From Pelagibacteraceae bacterium (lineage in GTDB: Bacteria; Pseudomonadota; Alphaproteobacteria; HIMB59; GCA-002718135): DNA of 50,084 nt. Of this stretch, positions 10,892 to 23,300 are shown one piece after another. Every line of letters begins with the position of its first letter. Within the stretch, counting starts at the first letter, position 1. The stretch lies in assembly GCA_018657885.1 (NCBI GenBank), contig JABHWG010000137.1, forward strand, positions 1 to 50,084. Reading direction: 5' to 3'. The notes under the pieces were generated by a model. The model searched no databases. It worked only from the letters and a program-made list of their open reading frames with translations, and had not been told where the DNA came from. A program made the translations under genes and the position numbers.

Positions 10892-11197
10892 CTACCAACT
10901 TGACTTTACTACGCCTGGTAAATCACCTGACATAGAAAGCTCCCTTATTTTAATTCTAGAAAGACCAAACTTTCTATAAACCCCTCTAGTTCTTCCAGTT
11001 AGTTTACATCTGTTTCTGTAACGTATTGAAGAACTATTACGTGGAAGATCATTTAACTTGTTTAAAACTTTTAATCTGTCTTCAATGGATAAATCTTTTT
11101 TCATAATTTTATCTTTTAAAGATTTTCTTCTATTACTAAACTTATCAATAAGTTTTAGTCTGCTTGAATTTTTTTGAATTGAACTTAGTTTTGCCAT
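10892..11197 (-). CDS. rpsN: 30S ribosomal protein S14 (long, non-zinc form)
   Basis: MAKLSS start with GGGGAG SD; RNRCKLTGRTRG, LPGVVKSSW. Confidence 0.97.
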   Translation of the reverse strand: MAKLSSIQKNSSRLKLIDKFSNRRKSLKDKIMKKDLSIEDRLKVLNKLNDLPRNSSSIRYRNRCKLTGRTRGVYRKFGLSRIKIRELSMSGDLPGVVKSSW

Positions 11198-11204
11198 CTC
11201 TCCC

Positions 11205-11756
11205 CTAGTTTGTTTCCTCACCTTTAAAAGGCATATTAAAATTTTTGAGTAACTCTAAACCATCTTCGTTATTTTTTGCTGTAGTGCATATAGTAATGTT
11301 TAATCCTCTGACTTTATCAATTTTATCATAATTAATTTCAGGAAATATTATTTGTTCCTTTACTCCAAAAGAATAATTTCCACTGCCATCAAAACTGTGT
11401 GGACTTAATCCTCTAAAATCTCTAATTCTTGGTATTGCAATATTTACTAACCTATCAAGAAATTCATACATGATTTTATTTCTCAAAGTCACTGATACTC
11501 CTAAAGGCATACCAGCTCTGATTTTAAAACCTGCAATTGCTTTTTTAGCTTTGGTTTTAATAGCTTTCTGACCTGCAATTAGAGTAAGTTCCTCTTGAGC
11601 TTTATCAACAATTTTAACATCGTCTTTAGCCTCACCAAGTCCAATATTTAAAATAATTTTAGATATTTTTGGAACCTCATGAACATTATTACAATTAAGC
11701 TTATTGAATAAATTTTTTGAAATTTCTGCTTTATATTGCTCTTGTAATCTACTCAT
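11205..11756 (-). CDS. rplE: 50S ribosomal protein L5
   Basis: [28 protein letters not shown]. Confidence 0.98.
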   Translation of the reverse strand: MSRLQEQYKAEISKNLFNKLNCNNVHEVPKISKIILNIGLGEAKDDVKIVDKAQEELTLIAGQKAIKTKAKKAIAGFKIRAGMPLGVSVTLRNKIMYEFLDRLVNIAIPRIRDFRGLSPHSFDGSGNYSFGVKEQIIFPEINYDKIDKVRGLNITICTTAKNNEDGLELLKNFNMPFKGEETN

Positions 11757-11757
11757 T

Positions 11758-12075
11758 TTATATTTCTTTTCCTGATTTTTTATTTATTCGGATTTTTTTA
11801 CCATCCTTATCAATAGAATAACCTATTCTAGTACCTTTATTTGAGTCAATATCAAAGAAAGCAACATTAGATATATGCATAGGCATATCTTTCTCAATTA
11901 TTCCACCCGGTTCATTATTTCCAGGTTTTTGATGTTTTTTATATTTATTAATATCTGAAACAATTACTTTTCTAACTTCTGGTATGACTCTAACGATCTT
12001 ACCTCTCTTGCCTTTATCTTTACCCGCTAACACAATTACCTCGTCACCCTTTTTAAGTTTAATTTTATTTTTCAT
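11758..12075 (-). CDS. rplX: 50S ribosomal protein L24
   Basis: [19 protein letters not shown] motif, MHISNV. Confidence 0.98.
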   Translation of the reverse strand: MKNKIKLKKGDEVIVLAGKDKGKRGKIVRVIPEVRKVIVSDINKYKKHQKPGNNEPGGIIEKDMPMHISNVAFFDIDSNKGTRIGYSIDKDGKKIRINKKSGKEI

Positions 12076-12443
12076 TAAAGTACCTCTGGTGCTAAACTAA
12101 TTATTTTCATAAATTTTTTTGTTCTAAGTTCTCTTGTGACTGGACCAAAAATTCTTGTAGCAATTGGTTCTTCCTGTTTATCTAATAAAACTGCCGCATT
12201 TTTATCAAATCTAATAGTTGAGCCATCTTTTCTTGTATATTCTTTAGATGTTCTAACTATGACTGCTTTAAAAACCTCTCCTTTTTTAACCTTACCTCTT
12301 GGAATTGCATCTTTGATAGAAACAACAATAATATCTCCTATTGATGCAAATCTTCTTTTTGAACCGCCAAGGACCTTAATACATTGGATTCTTTTTGCTC
12401 CTGAATTATCAGCAACAAACAAATTAGATTGCATCTGTATCAT
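12075..12443 (-). CDS. rplN: 50S ribosomal protein L14
   Basis: [29 protein letters not shown]. Confidence 0.99.
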   Translation of the reverse strand: MIQMQSNLFVADNSGAKRIQCIKVLGGSKRRFASIGDIIVVSIKDAIPRGKVKKGEVFKAVIVRTSKEYTRKDGSTIRFDKNAAVLLDKQEEPIATRIFGPVTRELRTKKFMKIISLAPEVL

Positions 12444-12445
12444 TG

Positions 12446-12691
12446 TTATTTGTTCTCCTGACTATCATTTATAACAATCCATGATTTAAGTTTTGAAATT
12501 GGTTTTGATTCAATTATCTTTACGTTATCTCCAACCTTGTAATTATTATTTTCATCATGGGCATGATATTTCTTTGAAAGACTAATAATTTTTTTATATA
12601 ATTTATGTTTTACTCTTCTGGTAACTTTTACTACAATTGTTTTATCAGTATTTGAAGAAACCACTGTTCCAGTTAATATTCTTTTAGGCAT
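12446..12691 (-). CDS. rpsQ: 30S ribosomal protein S17
   Basis: [12 protein letters not shown] (GGAG SD upstream), [16 protein letters not shown]. Confidence 0.97.
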   Translation of the reverse strand: MPKRILTGTVVSSNTDKTIVVKVTRRVKHKLYKKIISLSKKYHAHDENNNYKVGDNVKIIESKPISKLKSWIVINDSQENK

Positions 12692-12875
12692 TGTTTTCTC
12701 CATGTATTTTTGAAATCTCAGTTTTTAATCTAGCTATTTTCACACGCACATTTTTTATCTCTGAAGTTTTTTCAAGCTGACCAGAGGATTTTTGAAATTT
12801 AAGATTCATTAATGATTTTTTTAAAATTAATATTTCAGATTTTATATCTTTAATTTTTTTGTTGCTACCAGCCAT
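12684..12875 (-). CDS. rpmC: 50S ribosomal protein L29
   Basis: [19 protein letters not shown]; between rplP and rpsQ. Confidence 0.93.
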   Translation of the reverse strand: MAGSNKKIKDIKSEILILKKSLMNLKFQKSSGQLEKTSEIKNVRVKIARLKTEISKIHGENNA

Positions 12876-13291
12876 TATATATTTCTCTCTACAAATTTAC
12901 ATTTAATTGGAAGTTTAGCTGCGGCTAATGTCATAGCTTTACGAGCATCATTAATGTTAACGCCATCTACTTCAAACATAATCCTTCCAGGTTTTACTCT
13001 GCAAGCCCAAAATTCATTTGAACCCTTACCTTTACCCATTCTAACTTCTGCTGGTTTTTTAGATACAGGAACATCTGGAAAAATACGGATCCACATTTTT
13101 CCCGCTCTTTTTAAATGTCTAGTTATTGCTTTTCTTGCAGATTCAATTTGTCTTGCTGTTACTCTTTCGGGTTCAAGAGCTTTTAATCCAAAGCTACCAT
13201 AATTAAGAGTGGAGTTTCCTTTAGCAGTACCATGAATTCTTCCTTTAAATTGCTTTCTAAACTTTGTCTTCTTAGGGGACATCATGTTCAT
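12875..13291 (-). CDS. rplP: 50S ribosomal protein L16
   Basis: [22 protein letters not shown]. Confidence 0.98.
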   Translation of the reverse strand: MNMMSPKKTKFRKQFKGRIHGTAKGNSTLNYGSFGLKALEPERVTARQIESARKAITRHLKRAGKMWIRIFPDVPVSKKPAEVRMGKGKGSNEFWACRVKPGRIMFEVDGVNINDARKAMTLAAAKLPIKCKFVERNI

Positions 13292-13968
13292 TACCTAACA
13301 CTCCCTTGCTCAATTTGTTTCTTTTCACTTGCATATGGATCTTTATTCAGAATTACACCCTTATTAATCCAAACCTTAATCCCACAAATTCCATAAGTAG
13401 TTTGAGCTTCAGCAGTTGCATAATCAATATCAGTTCTTAAGGTATGGAGAGGGACGCTCCCTTCATGAAATTTTTCAGTTCTTGCAATTTCTGCCCCACC
13501 TAATCTTCCACTGCACATAATCTTAACACCTTTAGCTCCAAGTCTCATTGAAGATTGTACTGCTTTCTTCATAGCTCTTCTAAAAGAAACTCTTTTTTCT
13601 AACTGACTTGCTATATTTTCTGCTACTAACTTTGCTTCAACTTCTGGTTTTCTAACTTCTTTTATATCTAAAAAAACTTCTAAATTAGATAATTTTGTAA
13701 GTTTGTTTTTAAGATCTTCAATATCGGCTCCTTTTTTACCAATTATAATCCCTGGTCTAGAACTATAAATAGAAATTCTAAGTTTTTTTGCTGCTCTTTC
13801 AATATTTACTTTGGAGATACTGGCATTTTTTAATTTATTTTCAACATACTTTTTGATTTCTAAATCTTGATGCAAAAGTTTAGAATATTCAGATTTGGAG
13901 AACCACCTAGAAGACCATGTTCTATTGATGCCAAGTCTAATACCGTTTGGATTAACTTTTTGACCCAT
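13291..13968 (-). CDS. rpsC: 30S ribosomal protein S3
   Basis: [30 protein letters not shown]. Confidence 0.99.
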   Translation of the reverse strand: MGQKVNPNGIRLGINRTWSSRWFSKSEYSKLLHQDLEIKKYVENKLKNASISKVNIERAAKKLRISIYSSRPGIIIGKKGADIEDLKNKLTKLSNLEVFLDIKEVRKPEVEAKLVAENIASQLEKRVSFRRAMKKAVQSSMRLGAKGVKIMCSGRLGGAEIARTEKFHEGSVPLHTLRTDIDYATAEAQTTYGICGIKVWINKGVILNKDPYASEKKQIEQGSVR

Positions 13969-14339
13969 TACTTATCCTTGTCCTTAATTGGTTTTGATCT
14001 TTCCTCAACAATAATGGTTAGTTTACTGAAAGGCTTTACTATACTAGCTGCACGTCCTTTTGCCCTTGGTCTAAATCTTTTCATAGACAGGCTTTTTCCA
14101 ACAAAAGCTTCTTTAATATACAAATTATCAATATCTAACTGTTTATTATTTTCAGCATTTGCAATTGCAGCATTTAAAACTTTTAATACATTATTAGAAA
14201 TTCTTTTATTAGAAAATTTTAATTGATTTACAGCATTATTAGCTTTTTTATTAACTATTGATCTAGCTACATTTGCAAGTTTCAATGCACTCGTCCTGAT
14301 AGTATTATCTTTTGCTATAGCTATTAGATCTTGGTTCAT
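13968..14339 (-). CDS. rplV: 50S ribosomal protein L22
   Basis: [20 protein letters not shown]. Confidence 0.96.
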   Translation of the reverse strand: MNQDLIAIAKDNTIRTSALKLANVARSIVNKKANNAVNQLKFSNKRISNNVLKVLNAAIANAENNKQLDIDNLYIKEAFVGKSLSMKRFRPRAKGRAASIVKPFSKLTIIVEERSKPIKDKDK

Positions 14340-14614
14340 TTTCCTGCCTTTTTATCTGATGCCGTATGACCTTTAAAAGTTCTAGTAGGAGAAAATTCTC
14401 CAAATTTATGTCCTACCATATGTTCAGAAACACTAACTGGTACAAACTTTTGCCCATTATACACACCGAAGGTTAATCCAACAAACTGTGGTAAAATAGT
14501 AGATCTTCTTGACCAAGTTTTAATAACTTCTTTTCTACCTGAATCTGCAACTTTTTGAGCTTTTTTGATAAGTGTAACATCAACAAATGGGCCTTTCCAT
14601 ACAGATCTTGTCAT
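14336..14614 (-). CDS. rpsS: 30S ribosomal protein S19
   Basis: [29 protein letters not shown]. Confidence 0.99.
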   Translation of the reverse strand: MTRSVWKGPFVDVTLIKKAQKVADSGRKEVIKTWSRRSTILPQFVGLTFGVYNGQKFVPVSVSEHMVGHKFGEFSPTRTFKGHTASDKKAGK

Positions 14615-15435
14615 TATTTCTTCCTTCTTTTAATTATAAAAACATTTGTTTTTTTATTACTTCTGGTTTTCTTACCTTTAGTCCCAACACCCCAGGGAGT
14701 AACTGGGTGTCTACCACCTGAAGTTCTTCCTTCACCACCGCCATGTGGGTGGTCAACTGGATTCATAACAACACCTCTAACTTTAGGTCTATTTCCAAGA
14801 TATCTATTTCTACCAGCTTTACCTAATTTAGTATTTTTATTATCTGGATTAGATAAAACTCCAATTGTTGCAAGTGAATTTCTATTAATAAGTCTAATCT
14901 CTCCTGAAACTAATTTAATTTGTACATTAACTTCTTCTTTTGAAATTAGCTGCGCTGATGTCCCAGCTGATCTTACAAGCTGTCCTCCGGCACCTGGTTT
15001 CATTTCAATATTATGAACATTAGAGCCAACAGGAATATTTTTAAGAGGCAATGTGTTACCATCTTTAATTTCTACATTGTCACCAGACACAATTTTATCT
15101 CCCACTTTGATAGTTTTTGGTGAAAGAATATATCTATATTCTCCATCCTCATATTTAACTAATGATATAAACGATGAACGGTTTGGATCATATTCATTCC
15201 TAATAACTTCTGCATTAATATTAAATTTATTACGTTTGAAATCAATTTCTCTGTATTTTCTCTTTACTCTTCCACCAATTCTTCTTGAAGTAATTCTACC
15301 TTGATTATTTCTTCCACCAGTTTTATTAATTGGTTTAGTAAGAGGTTTATAAGGGCCCTCATTAGATAAATGTTTTTTTGAGACTAAGACAGTACCTCTT
15401 TGTCCTGGTGTGTTTGGCTTAAGTTTAATTAACAT
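14614..15435 (-). CDS. rplB: 50S ribosomal protein L2
   Basis: [33 protein letters not shown]. Confidence 0.99.
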   Translation of the reverse strand: MLIKLKPNTPGQRGTVLVSKKHLSNEGPYKPLTKPINKTGGRNNQGRITSRRIGGRVKRKYREIDFKRNKFNINAEVIRNEYDPNRSSFISLVKYEDGEYRYILSPKTIKVGDKIVSGDNVEIKDGNTLPLKNIPVGSNVHNIEMKPGAGGQLVRSAGTSAQLISKEEVNVQIKLVSGEIRLINRNSLATIGVLSNPDNKNTKLGKAGRNRYLGNRPKVRGVVMNPVDHPHGGGEGRTSGGRHPVTPWGVGTKGKKTRSNKKTNVFIIKRRKK

Positions 15436-15749
15436 TATTTTATCTCCAATGAAGAGTCTATAGAATTACCTTCAGCAAGAGTTACTATTGCTTTTTTTTG
15501 ATCTTTTTTAGAACCTACAGATCCTTTAAAAGATTTAAGCTTGCCTCGTATAATAAGTGTATTTATTTTTTCTACCTTAACCTTAAATATATTTTCTATA
15601 GCCTGTTTTATTTCAAATGAATTTGAGTTTTTTGATACAAAAAAACTGTATTTATTAAATTGATTTAAATTGGTTGATTTTTCAGTCATTAAAGGACTTT
15701 TAATAATGCTGAGAGAACGCTCATTTGAAATAGTTTTTGTTTTTCTCAT
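15435..15749 (-). CDS. rplW: 50S ribosomal protein L23
   Basis: [27 protein letters not shown]. Confidence 0.96.
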   Translation of the reverse strand: MRKTKTISNERSLSIIKSPLMTEKSTNLNQFNKYSFFVSKNSNSFEIKQAIENIFKVKVEKINTLIIRGKLKSFKGSVGSKKDQKKAIVTLAEGNSIDSSLEIK

Positions 15750-16369
15750 GACAATCTCTCAGAAATTTTTTCTACTGACTTTACTTCAATAAATATTTTT
15801 TCATAAGAAATAATATCTTTAACATTTATTCCTTTATGGCTTAGTGAAGAAACCCTAGGAATATTAGAAGATGCTTTTTTGAAATTATCATTTATCACAT
15901 CATCTCCGTAAACAAAAAGTGCAGATTTATAATTAAAGTTAGCAAGCTTACTATTTAAATTTTTAGTCTTATGTGTTTCAACTTTAAATGAATCAATAAA
16001 AATAATACTATCTTCAGAAAATTTAGCAGATAAAGCAGATTTTAAAGCTAGTTTTTTTTCTTTTTTATTAAGATTAAATGAATGATCTCTAACTACTGGT
16101 CCCATCGAAGTTGCTCCACCTCTAAAATGTGGTGGTTTACTACTACCCTGTCTTGCATTACCAGTGCCTTTTTGTGCAAAAGGTTTTTTTGCCCTTCCAT
16201 TTACCTCAGATCTAGTTTTTGTCTTATGCGAACCTTGGCGAGATTTTGCATTTTGAAATCTAATATATTGATGTATTAAATCAGGAAAAACTTTAAGACA
16301 GAATATACTTTCATTGATCTCGATATCATTGATTTTCTTGTTTTCAAAATTAACTATATCTTTTTTCAT
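15746..16369 (-). CDS. rplD: 50S ribosomal protein L4
   Basis: TKTRSEV, KPFAQKGTGNARQG. Confidence 0.97.
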   Translation of the reverse strand: MKKDIVNFENKKINDIEINESIFCLKVFPDLIHQYIRFQNAKSRQGSHKTKTRSEVNGRAKKPFAQKGTGNARQGSSKPPHFRGGATSMGPVVRDHSFNLNKKEKKLALKSALSAKFSEDSIIFIDSFKVETHKTKNLNSKLANFNYKSALFVYGDDVINDNFKKASSNIPRVSSLSHKGINVKDIISYEKIFIEVKSVEKISERLS

Positions 16370-16371
16370 AA

Positions 16372-17019
16372 TTAACTCTTTTTAACGGCGTCTTTAATAA
16401 AAATTATTGAATTTTTTTTGCCTGGAACTGATCCTTTTAAAATCAACAAACTATTTTCTTCATCAACCTCTACAACCTTGAGATTTTGGATTGTTACTTG
16501 AGTTGCCCCCATATGACCAGCCATTTTTTTACCTTTAAAAACTTTTCCAGGATCTTGGTTTTGACCAGTTGATCCATGTGATCTATGAGAAACAGAAACA
16601 CCATGCGATGCTCTTAATCCTCCAAAATTATGTCTCTTCATGGCACCTGCAAAACCTTTTCCTATTGATGTGGAAGTTACATCTACAAATTGATCCTGTT
16701 TAAAATGTGTGACATCTAAGTTTGAGCCTATCTCTAAAATATTTTCTTGATCAACCCTAAATTCTTTAATTATTTTTTTTGGATTAATCTTCAAATTAGC
16801 AAAAAGTTTTTGCTGAGGTTTTTTTAATTTTTTAACATCTTTTTTACCATCTATTGAAGCTAGTTGAACTGATGAATAACCATTTTTTTCTATAGTCTTA
16901 ACATCAGAAACAATACAATCACTTATTTTTAAAATTGTAACAGGAAGAGATTTACCTGATTCATCATAATATGAAGAATTGCCCATTTTGGTTCCAATTA
17001 ATCCAGATCTCTTAATCAT
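16372..17019 (-). CDS. rplC: 50S ribosomal protein L3
   Basis: GKGFAGAMKRHNF, HRSHGSTG, KGKKMAGHMG; start trimmed to the ATG just after the rpsJ stop. Confidence 0.97.
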   Translation of the reverse strand: MIKRSGLIGTKMGNSSYYDESGKSLPVTILKISDCIVSDVKTIEKNGYSSVQLASIDGKKDVKKLKKPQQKLFANLKINPKKIIKEFRVDQENILEIGSNLDVTHFKQDQFVDVTSTSIGKGFAGAMKRHNFGGLRASHGVSVSHRSHGSTGQNQDPGKVFKGKKMAGHMGATQVTIQNLKVVEVDEENSLLILKGSVPGKKNSIIFIKDAVKKS

Positions 17020-17020
17020 G

Positions 17021-17329
17021 CTAAATTTTAATATCCACTTCAACACCTGCAGATAAATCTAATTTCATCAACGCGTCAACTGTTTGAGGTGTTGGATCAA
17101 TAATATCTATAAGTCTGTTATGAGTTCTTATCTCAAGCTGATCACGACTTTTTTTATCAACATGTGGAGACTTATTAACAGTAAATTTTTCAAATCTAGT
17201 AGGAAGAGGAATTGGTCCTTTTACTTTAGCTCCTGTTCTTTTAGCAGTATTAATAATATCACCAGTACTATTATCAAGCAACTTACTGTCGAAAGCCCTT
17301 AATCTAATTCTAATATTTTGAGATTCCAT
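17021..17329 (-). CDS. rpsJ: 30S ribosomal protein S10
   Basis: [27 protein letters not shown]. Confidence 0.99.
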   Translation of the reverse strand: MESQNIRIRLRAFDSKLLDNSTGDIINTAKRTGAKVKGPIPLPTRFEKFTVNKSPHVDKKSRDQLEIRTHNRLIDIIDPTPQTVDALMKLDLSAGVEVDIKI

Positions 17330-19407
17330 TATGCTAGCTTTGCTTTTACTTCTTCTGCAACATTTGAAGGAACTTGCTCATAGTGATCAAATTGCATAGA
17401 ATAATTTGCTCTACCTTGTGATAGAGATCTTAAGTTGTTTACATATCCAAACATATTAGCAAGAGGCACCATCGCATCGATGACATTTGCATTTCCCCTA
17501 GTTGACATTTCTTGCACTGATCCTCTTCTGCTATTTAAATCACCAATTACATCTCCCATATATTCTTCAGGAGTAACAACTTCAACTTTCATCATAGGCT
17601 CTAAAAGAACAGGGCTTGCTTTAGCCATACCTTCTCTAAACGCTGCTCTAGCAGCAATTTCAAAAGCTAGAACGCTTGAGTCTACATCATGATAAGCTCC
17701 ATCATTTAATGTAGCTTTAAAGTCTATGCAAGGAAACCCAGCCATTACACCAGTTTGCTGCTGAAAAATTAAACCTTTTTGAACACCTGGAATATACTCA
17801 GTGGGTATGTTACCACCTTTAATTTTATTAACAAATTCGTAACCCGATCCAGGCTCACCAGGCTCAAAAGTAATTTTAACTCTTGCAAATTGACCAGCTC
17901 CACCTGACTGCTTTTTATGTGAATAATCTACATCATATGATTTAGATATAGTTTCTCTATAAGCAACTTGTGGTGCTCCAACATTTGCCTCAACCTTAAA
18001 CTCTCTCTTCATTCTATCAACAAGAATTTCTAAGTGAAGTTCACCCATACCTTTAATAATTGTTTGACCACTTTCTTCATCGGTATTAACTCTAAAACTA
18101 GGATCTTCTTGAGCTAGTCTAGCTAATGCCTGTCCCATTTTTTCATGGTCAACTTTTGTTTTTGGCTCAACAGCAACTTCAATTACAGGGTCAGGAAAAT
18201 CCATTTTTTCTAAAATAATAGGTTTATTAGGGTCACAAAGCGTTTCACCCGTAGTAACATCTTTTAATCCTACTAAAGCAACAATATCACCGGCTCTTGC
18301 TTCTTTAATTTCTTCTCTGTTATTAGCATGCATTAAAAGCATTCTTCCAATACTCTCTTTTTTCCCACCAGTTGAATTCAAAACACTATCTTTAGTTGCT
18401 ACTGTTCCTGAATATATTCTTGCGAAAGTTAAACTACCAACAAAAGGGTCAGTCATTATTTTAAAAGCAAGAGCACTAAAAGGTTCTTGATCATCACATT
18501 TTCTAACTAATTCAATAGTTTCATCTTTAACATCAACTCCTTTAACTCCTTCAACATCAATAGGCGAAGGCATGTAGTCAATTACAGCATCAAGAAGAGG
18601 TTGAACTCCTTTATTCTTAAAAGCTGATCCTGTTAATATTGGAACAAAAGAACCTTTTATCGTACCTTTTCTAATACATTTTTTTAAATCATCAATTGAT
18701 GGTTCATTGCCTTCTAAGTAATTTTCCATTACTGCATCATCTTCCTCAACAGCTTTTTCAATTAATTTTTCTCTATATTCTTTTGCTTGTTCTTTTAAAT
18801 CTTCTGGAATATCAACTATATCAAACTTAGCTCCTAAGCTTTCATCTTGCCATACAATCGCTTTGTTTGCGACTAAATCAACAACCCCTTTAAAGTCACT
18901 TTCAATTCCTATGGGTAATTGAAGTACTAAAGGGTACGATCCCAATCTATCAGGTATCATATCTACACACATGAAAAAGTTAGCTCCAGTTCTATCTAGT
19001 TTGTTAATAAAACACATTCTAGGGACATTATATTTATCAGCTTGTCTCCATACTGTTTCTGATTGAGGCTCAACACCAGCAACTCCATCAAAAACTGCAA
19101 CTGCTCCATCCAGAACTTTTAAAGATCTCTCCACTTCAATAGTGAAATCAACATGCCCTGGAGTATCAATTATGTTTACTCGATGATCATTCCAAAAGCA
19201 AGTAGTGGCTGCCGAAGTAATTGTTATTCCTCTTTCTTGCTCCTGCTCCATCCAATCCATGGTTGCTGCACCATCATGAACTTCTCCAATTTTATGAGAT
19301 TTACCAGTGTAGTATAGAATTCTCTCTGTAGTAGTTGTTTTACCAGCATCAATATGCGCCATTATTCCAATATTTCTGTATTTATCTAAAGGATGCGTTC
19401 TTGACAT
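17329..19407 (-). CDS. fusA: elongation factor G
   Basis: [41 protein letters not shown]; start at MSRTHP. Confidence 0.99.
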   Translation of the reverse strand: MSRTHPLDKYRNIGIMAHIDAGKTTTTERILYYTGKSHKIGEVHDGAATMDWMEQEQERGITITSAATTCFWNDHRVNIIDTPGHVDFTIEVERSLKVLDGAVAVFDGVAGVEPQSETVWRQADKYNVPRMCFINKLDRTGANFFMCVDMIPDRLGSYPLVLQLPIGIESDFKGVVDLVANKAIVWQDESLGAKFDIVDIPEDLKEQAKEYREKLIEKAVEEDDAVMENYLEGNEPSIDDLKKCIRKGTIKGSFVPILTGSAFKNKGVQPLLDAVIDYMPSPIDVEGVKGVDVKDETIELVRKCDDQEPFSALAFKIMTDPFVGSLTFARIYSGTVATKDSVLNSTGGKKESIGRMLLMHANNREEIKEARAGDIVALVGLKDVTTGETLCDPNKPIILEKMDFPDPVIEVAVEPKTKVDHEKMGQALARLAQEDPSFRVNTDEESGQTIIKGMGELHLEILVDRMKREFKVEANVGAPQVAYRETISKSYDVDYSHKKQSGGAGQFARVKITFEPGEPGSGYEFVNKIKGGNIPTEYIPGVQKGLIFQQQTGVMAGFPCIDFKATLNDGAYHDVDSSVLAFEIAARAAFREGMAKASPVLLEPMMKVEVVTPEEYMGDVIGDLNSRRGSVQEMSTRGNANVIDAMVPLANMFGYVNNLRSLSQGRANYSMQFDHYEQVPSNVAEEVKAKLA

Positions 19408-19409
19408 TA

Positions 19410-19880
19410 TTACCACCTAAAGTGAGAGAATGCTCTATTAGCCTCAGCCATTTTGTGCGTTTCTTCTCGTTTTTTTACTGCATTACCTTTATTATTAAAA
19501 GCATCAAATATCTCATTAGCAACTCTTTCCCTCATGGTCTTTTCATTTCTTTTGATAGCTGAATCAACTATCCATTTCATAGCAAGAGTCTGTGCTCTTT
19601 TTGGTCTTACTTCCATTGGAACTTGATAAGTTGCTCCACCTACTCTTCTAGATTTTACTTCTAGACTAGGTTTTACATTATTAAGTGCTTCATGAAAAAA
19701 ATCAATTGGAGCCTTATCAGTTTTCTTTGATACAATATCAAAAGCTCCATATACAATTTTTTCAGATTTAGATTTTTTACCATCAAGCATTATTCTATTC
19801 ATAAATTTAGCAAGGACAATATCTTTAAATTTATGATCTGGTAAAATAGTTCTTTTTTCTGCAGCTCTTCTTCTAGACAT
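19410..19880 (-). CDS. rpsG: 30S ribosomal protein S7
   Basis: [27 protein letters not shown]. Confidence 0.99.
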   Translation of the reverse strand: MSRRRAAEKRTILPDHKFKDIVLAKFMNRIMLDGKKSKSEKIVYGAFDIVSKKTDKAPIDFFHEALNNVKPSLEVKSRRVGGATYQVPMEVRPKRAQTLAMKWIVDSAIKRNEKTMRERVANEIFDAFNNKGNAVKKREETHKMAEANRAFSHFRW

Positions 19881-19886
19881 AAATTT

Positions 19887-20258
19887 CTACTTTGGTTTTT
19901 TAGCCCCATAAAGAGACCTTCTTTGTTTTCTAGCACTAACACCTTGGGTATCGAGTGTTCCTCTTAAAATATGGTATCTAACACCGGGCAAATCTTTAAC
20001 TCTTCCACCTCTAAGTAGTACTACTGAGTGTTCTTGCAAATTATGCCCTTCACCAGGTATATAAGCAGATACTTCTTGACCATTTGTTAATTTTACTCTC
20101 GCGACTTTTCTAAGGGCAGAGTTAGGTTTTTTTGGGGTTGTAGTATAAACCCTAGTACAAACGCCTCTTTTTTGAGGACAAGAAGCTAAAGCTGGGACTT
20201 TATTTCTCTTTTTTTGAGCTTTACGACCCTTACGTACTAACTGGTTTATAGTCGGCAT
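19887..20258 (-). CDS. rpsL: 30S ribosomal protein S12
   Basis: [31 protein letters not shown]. Confidence 0.99.
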   Translation of the reverse strand: MPTINQLVRKGRKAQKKRNKVPALASCPQKRGVCTRVYTTTPKKPNSALRKVARVKLTNGQEVSAYIPGEGHNLQEHSVVLLRGGRVKDLPGVRYHILRGTLDTQGVSARKQRRSLYGAKKPK

Positions 20259-20323
20259 TAAATAATCCTCTGTTAAGCGTTTGGAATTTATTTTCCACCA
20301 CCATCAACAACAAATCGTAGGGG

Positions 20324-20352
20324 TCTTTATAAATTGACAAGAAGAAAGTCAA
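20324..20352 (-). promoter_or_regulatory. putative sigma70 promoter for the rpsL (str/S10/spc) operon
   Basis: TTGACT-N17-TAAAGA, about 65 nt upstream of the rpsL ATG. Confidence 0.55.
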
Positions 20353-20369
20353 GCAAATATCTTACTATT

Positions 20370-23300
20370 TTAAGTATTTTGTATATTTTCTGCTTGTTTT
20401 CTTTTCTCTAAAATTTCCTTATCTTTTACAGATGCTATCTTCTCATACTCAGATGTTATTCTTCCTGTTCCTGCAGGTATAAGTCTTCCCACTATGACAT
20501 TTTCTTTTAAGCCTTTTAAAGGATCAATTTTACCCATAGTAGCTGCATCAGTTAATACTTTTGTAGTTTCTTGAAAAGAAGCTGCTGATATGAAGGACGA
20601 TGTCTGCAAACTAGCCTTAGTAATACCTAGTAATACAGGCTCATATTCTACAATTTTCTTTCCATTTTTTTCAAGATCATCATTTAATTTCAATATATCT
20701 CTTTTTTGAGCCTGTTCACCAACAAGTAAAGAGGAATCGCCAGCTTTCTTAATTAAAACTTTCTGAAGCATTTGTCTTGCAATAGTCTCAATATGCTTAT
20801 CATTAATATAAACACCTTGGAGCTTATAGACTGATTGCACTTCTCGTACCAAATATCTAGCGAGTTCTTCTACTCCTAAAATTCTTAAAATATCATGAGG
20901 TACAGGGGTTCCCTCAACTAAAACATCACCTTTTTTTACAAAATCACCTTCTACTACATTTAGATATTTAGCTCTTGGAATTAAAATTTCAAAAGTATTA
21001 GTTTCATCTATGCTAGTAATTACTAGTCTTCTTTTATTTTTATAATCTTTTCCAAAAGAAATATTACCATCAATTTCACACATAATAGCTGGATCTTTAG
21101 GCTTCCTAGCTTCAAACAACTCAGCAACACGAGGTAATCCACCTGTAATATCTTTTGTTTTAGATGACTCTTTTGGTATTCTTGCAAGAACTTGACCAGC
21201 ATAAACTTGCTGCTCATCCTCAACACTTAAAATTGTATCAATTGACATTGGATAATTGATAAAATTATCTGCATCAACTTCTTCTGAATTTAATGTTTCC
21301 TGGACATTAATTGCAGGTTTAAAGTTTTTAGACTTTGGATTTTGACTCCAGTCAATTACAATCTTACTTGAAATACCAGTGGTATCATCAATGGACTCTC
21401 TAAAAGAAATTCCTTGCTGTAAATCAACATATTTTAAAAACCCATCTCTTTCTGCAATAATTGGTAAGGTGTAAGGATCCCACTCAGCAAGAGTTTGGTT
21501 TGCCTTTACTTCCTGATCATCCTTAACAAAAATTTTGGAACCAAAAGGAATATTGATAGAAAACTTTTCAACCTTATTTACTTCAATTTTTATTTTTGCA
21601 TTTCTGCTTAAAATAATTGAATTTGAAAACTTATCCTCAATTAATTTCAAATTTTCAAGTTTAACTAATCCATCAATAGGAGCTAATGAGTTTGATTGCT
21701 CTACAGAAGAACTAGCTGCTCCTCCTATGTGGAACGTTCTCATTGTAAGCTGAGTTCCTGGTTCACCAATGGATTGAGCTGCAATAATACCAACAGCTTC
21801 TCCAACATTAACTTCAGTACCTCTTGCCAAATCCCTACCATAACATTTGGCACAAATACCATCTTCAGTGGTGCACGTTAGAACTGATCGTATTTTTAAA
21901 GATCTTATTCCTAAATTTACAATATCTTCTAAATGTTTTTCTTCTATTATCTCACCAGCCTTTACAATTACTAGATCATCAATGTTATGAAGATCCTGGC
22001 AAGGAGTTCTCCCCAAAACTCTTTCAGTTAAAGGTGATGTAATATTTCCTGACTCAACAATTTCCTCAACCATTACTCCATTCTCTGTGCCACAGTCTAC
22101 TTCTCTTATAACAGCATCTTGAGCAACATCTACTAATCGTCTTGTGAGGTAACCACTGCTCGCAGTTTTTAATGCTGTATCTGCCAAACCTTTTCTAGCT
22201 CCGTGAGTAGACGTGAAATATTCTAGAACTGATAAACCCTCTTTAAAGTTAGACTTAATTGGATTTTCAATAATTTCTCCAGATGGTTTTGCCATCAGGC
22301 CTCTCATACCTGCTAACTGTTTTAACTGTGCCGCTGATCCTCTGGCACCTGAGTGAGCCATCATAAATACTGAATTAATTGGCTTATCATCATCAGGTTT
22401 TGATATTACATCAAGCATCTTGTCTGCAACTTTATTTGTACACTCAGACCAAGCATCAACAACCTTATTGTATTTTTCACCTTGGGTAATTAGACCGTCT
22501 TGATACTGATTTTCATATTCTTGGACTTTATTTTGAGTATCATCAAGAAGTTGTTGCTTTTCATCAGGAATGATTAGATCATCTTTACCAAATGATATTC
22601 CAGCTATTGCTGCATATTTGAAACCAATTTGCATTATGTGATCAGCAAAAAGTACTGTCTCTTTTTGACCACAAAATCTGTAAACTGTATCAATGATGTT
22701 GCTCACTTCTTTTTTTGTTAAAACTTTATTTATTAATGAAAAATCAATTTTTTCATTTTTTGGAAGAGCATTTGCAAGTATCATTCTACCAGGAGTAGTC
22801 TCAACTTTTGAAATTTCTCCAATTGAGTTTCTTATCCTAGAAATAATTTTAGTATGCAAAGTTACAACTTTATTTTCTAAAGCTTTTAAAATCTCATTAG
22901 TATCTAGAAAGGATCTATTCTCACCTTTTTGATTATTTCTCATTATCGAGAGATAATAAATCCCTAATACAATATCTTGTGAAGGTACAATGATAGGCTT
23001 ACCACTTGATGGTGATAATATATTATTGGTACTCATCATTAAAACTCTAGCTTCAAGTTGCGCTTCTAAACTTAAAGGAACATGGACAGCCATCTGGTCA
23101 CCATCAAAGTCAGCATTAAAAGCAGTACAAACTAAAGGATGAAGTTGTATAGATTTACCTTCAATTAAAATCGGTTCAAATGCTTGAATTCCAAGTCTAT
23201 GAAGTGTTGGTGCTCTATTTAATAATATTGGGTGTTCTCTTATTACCTCTTCAAGAATATCCCATACTCTTGGATCTTCTTTTTCGACAAGTTTTTTTGC

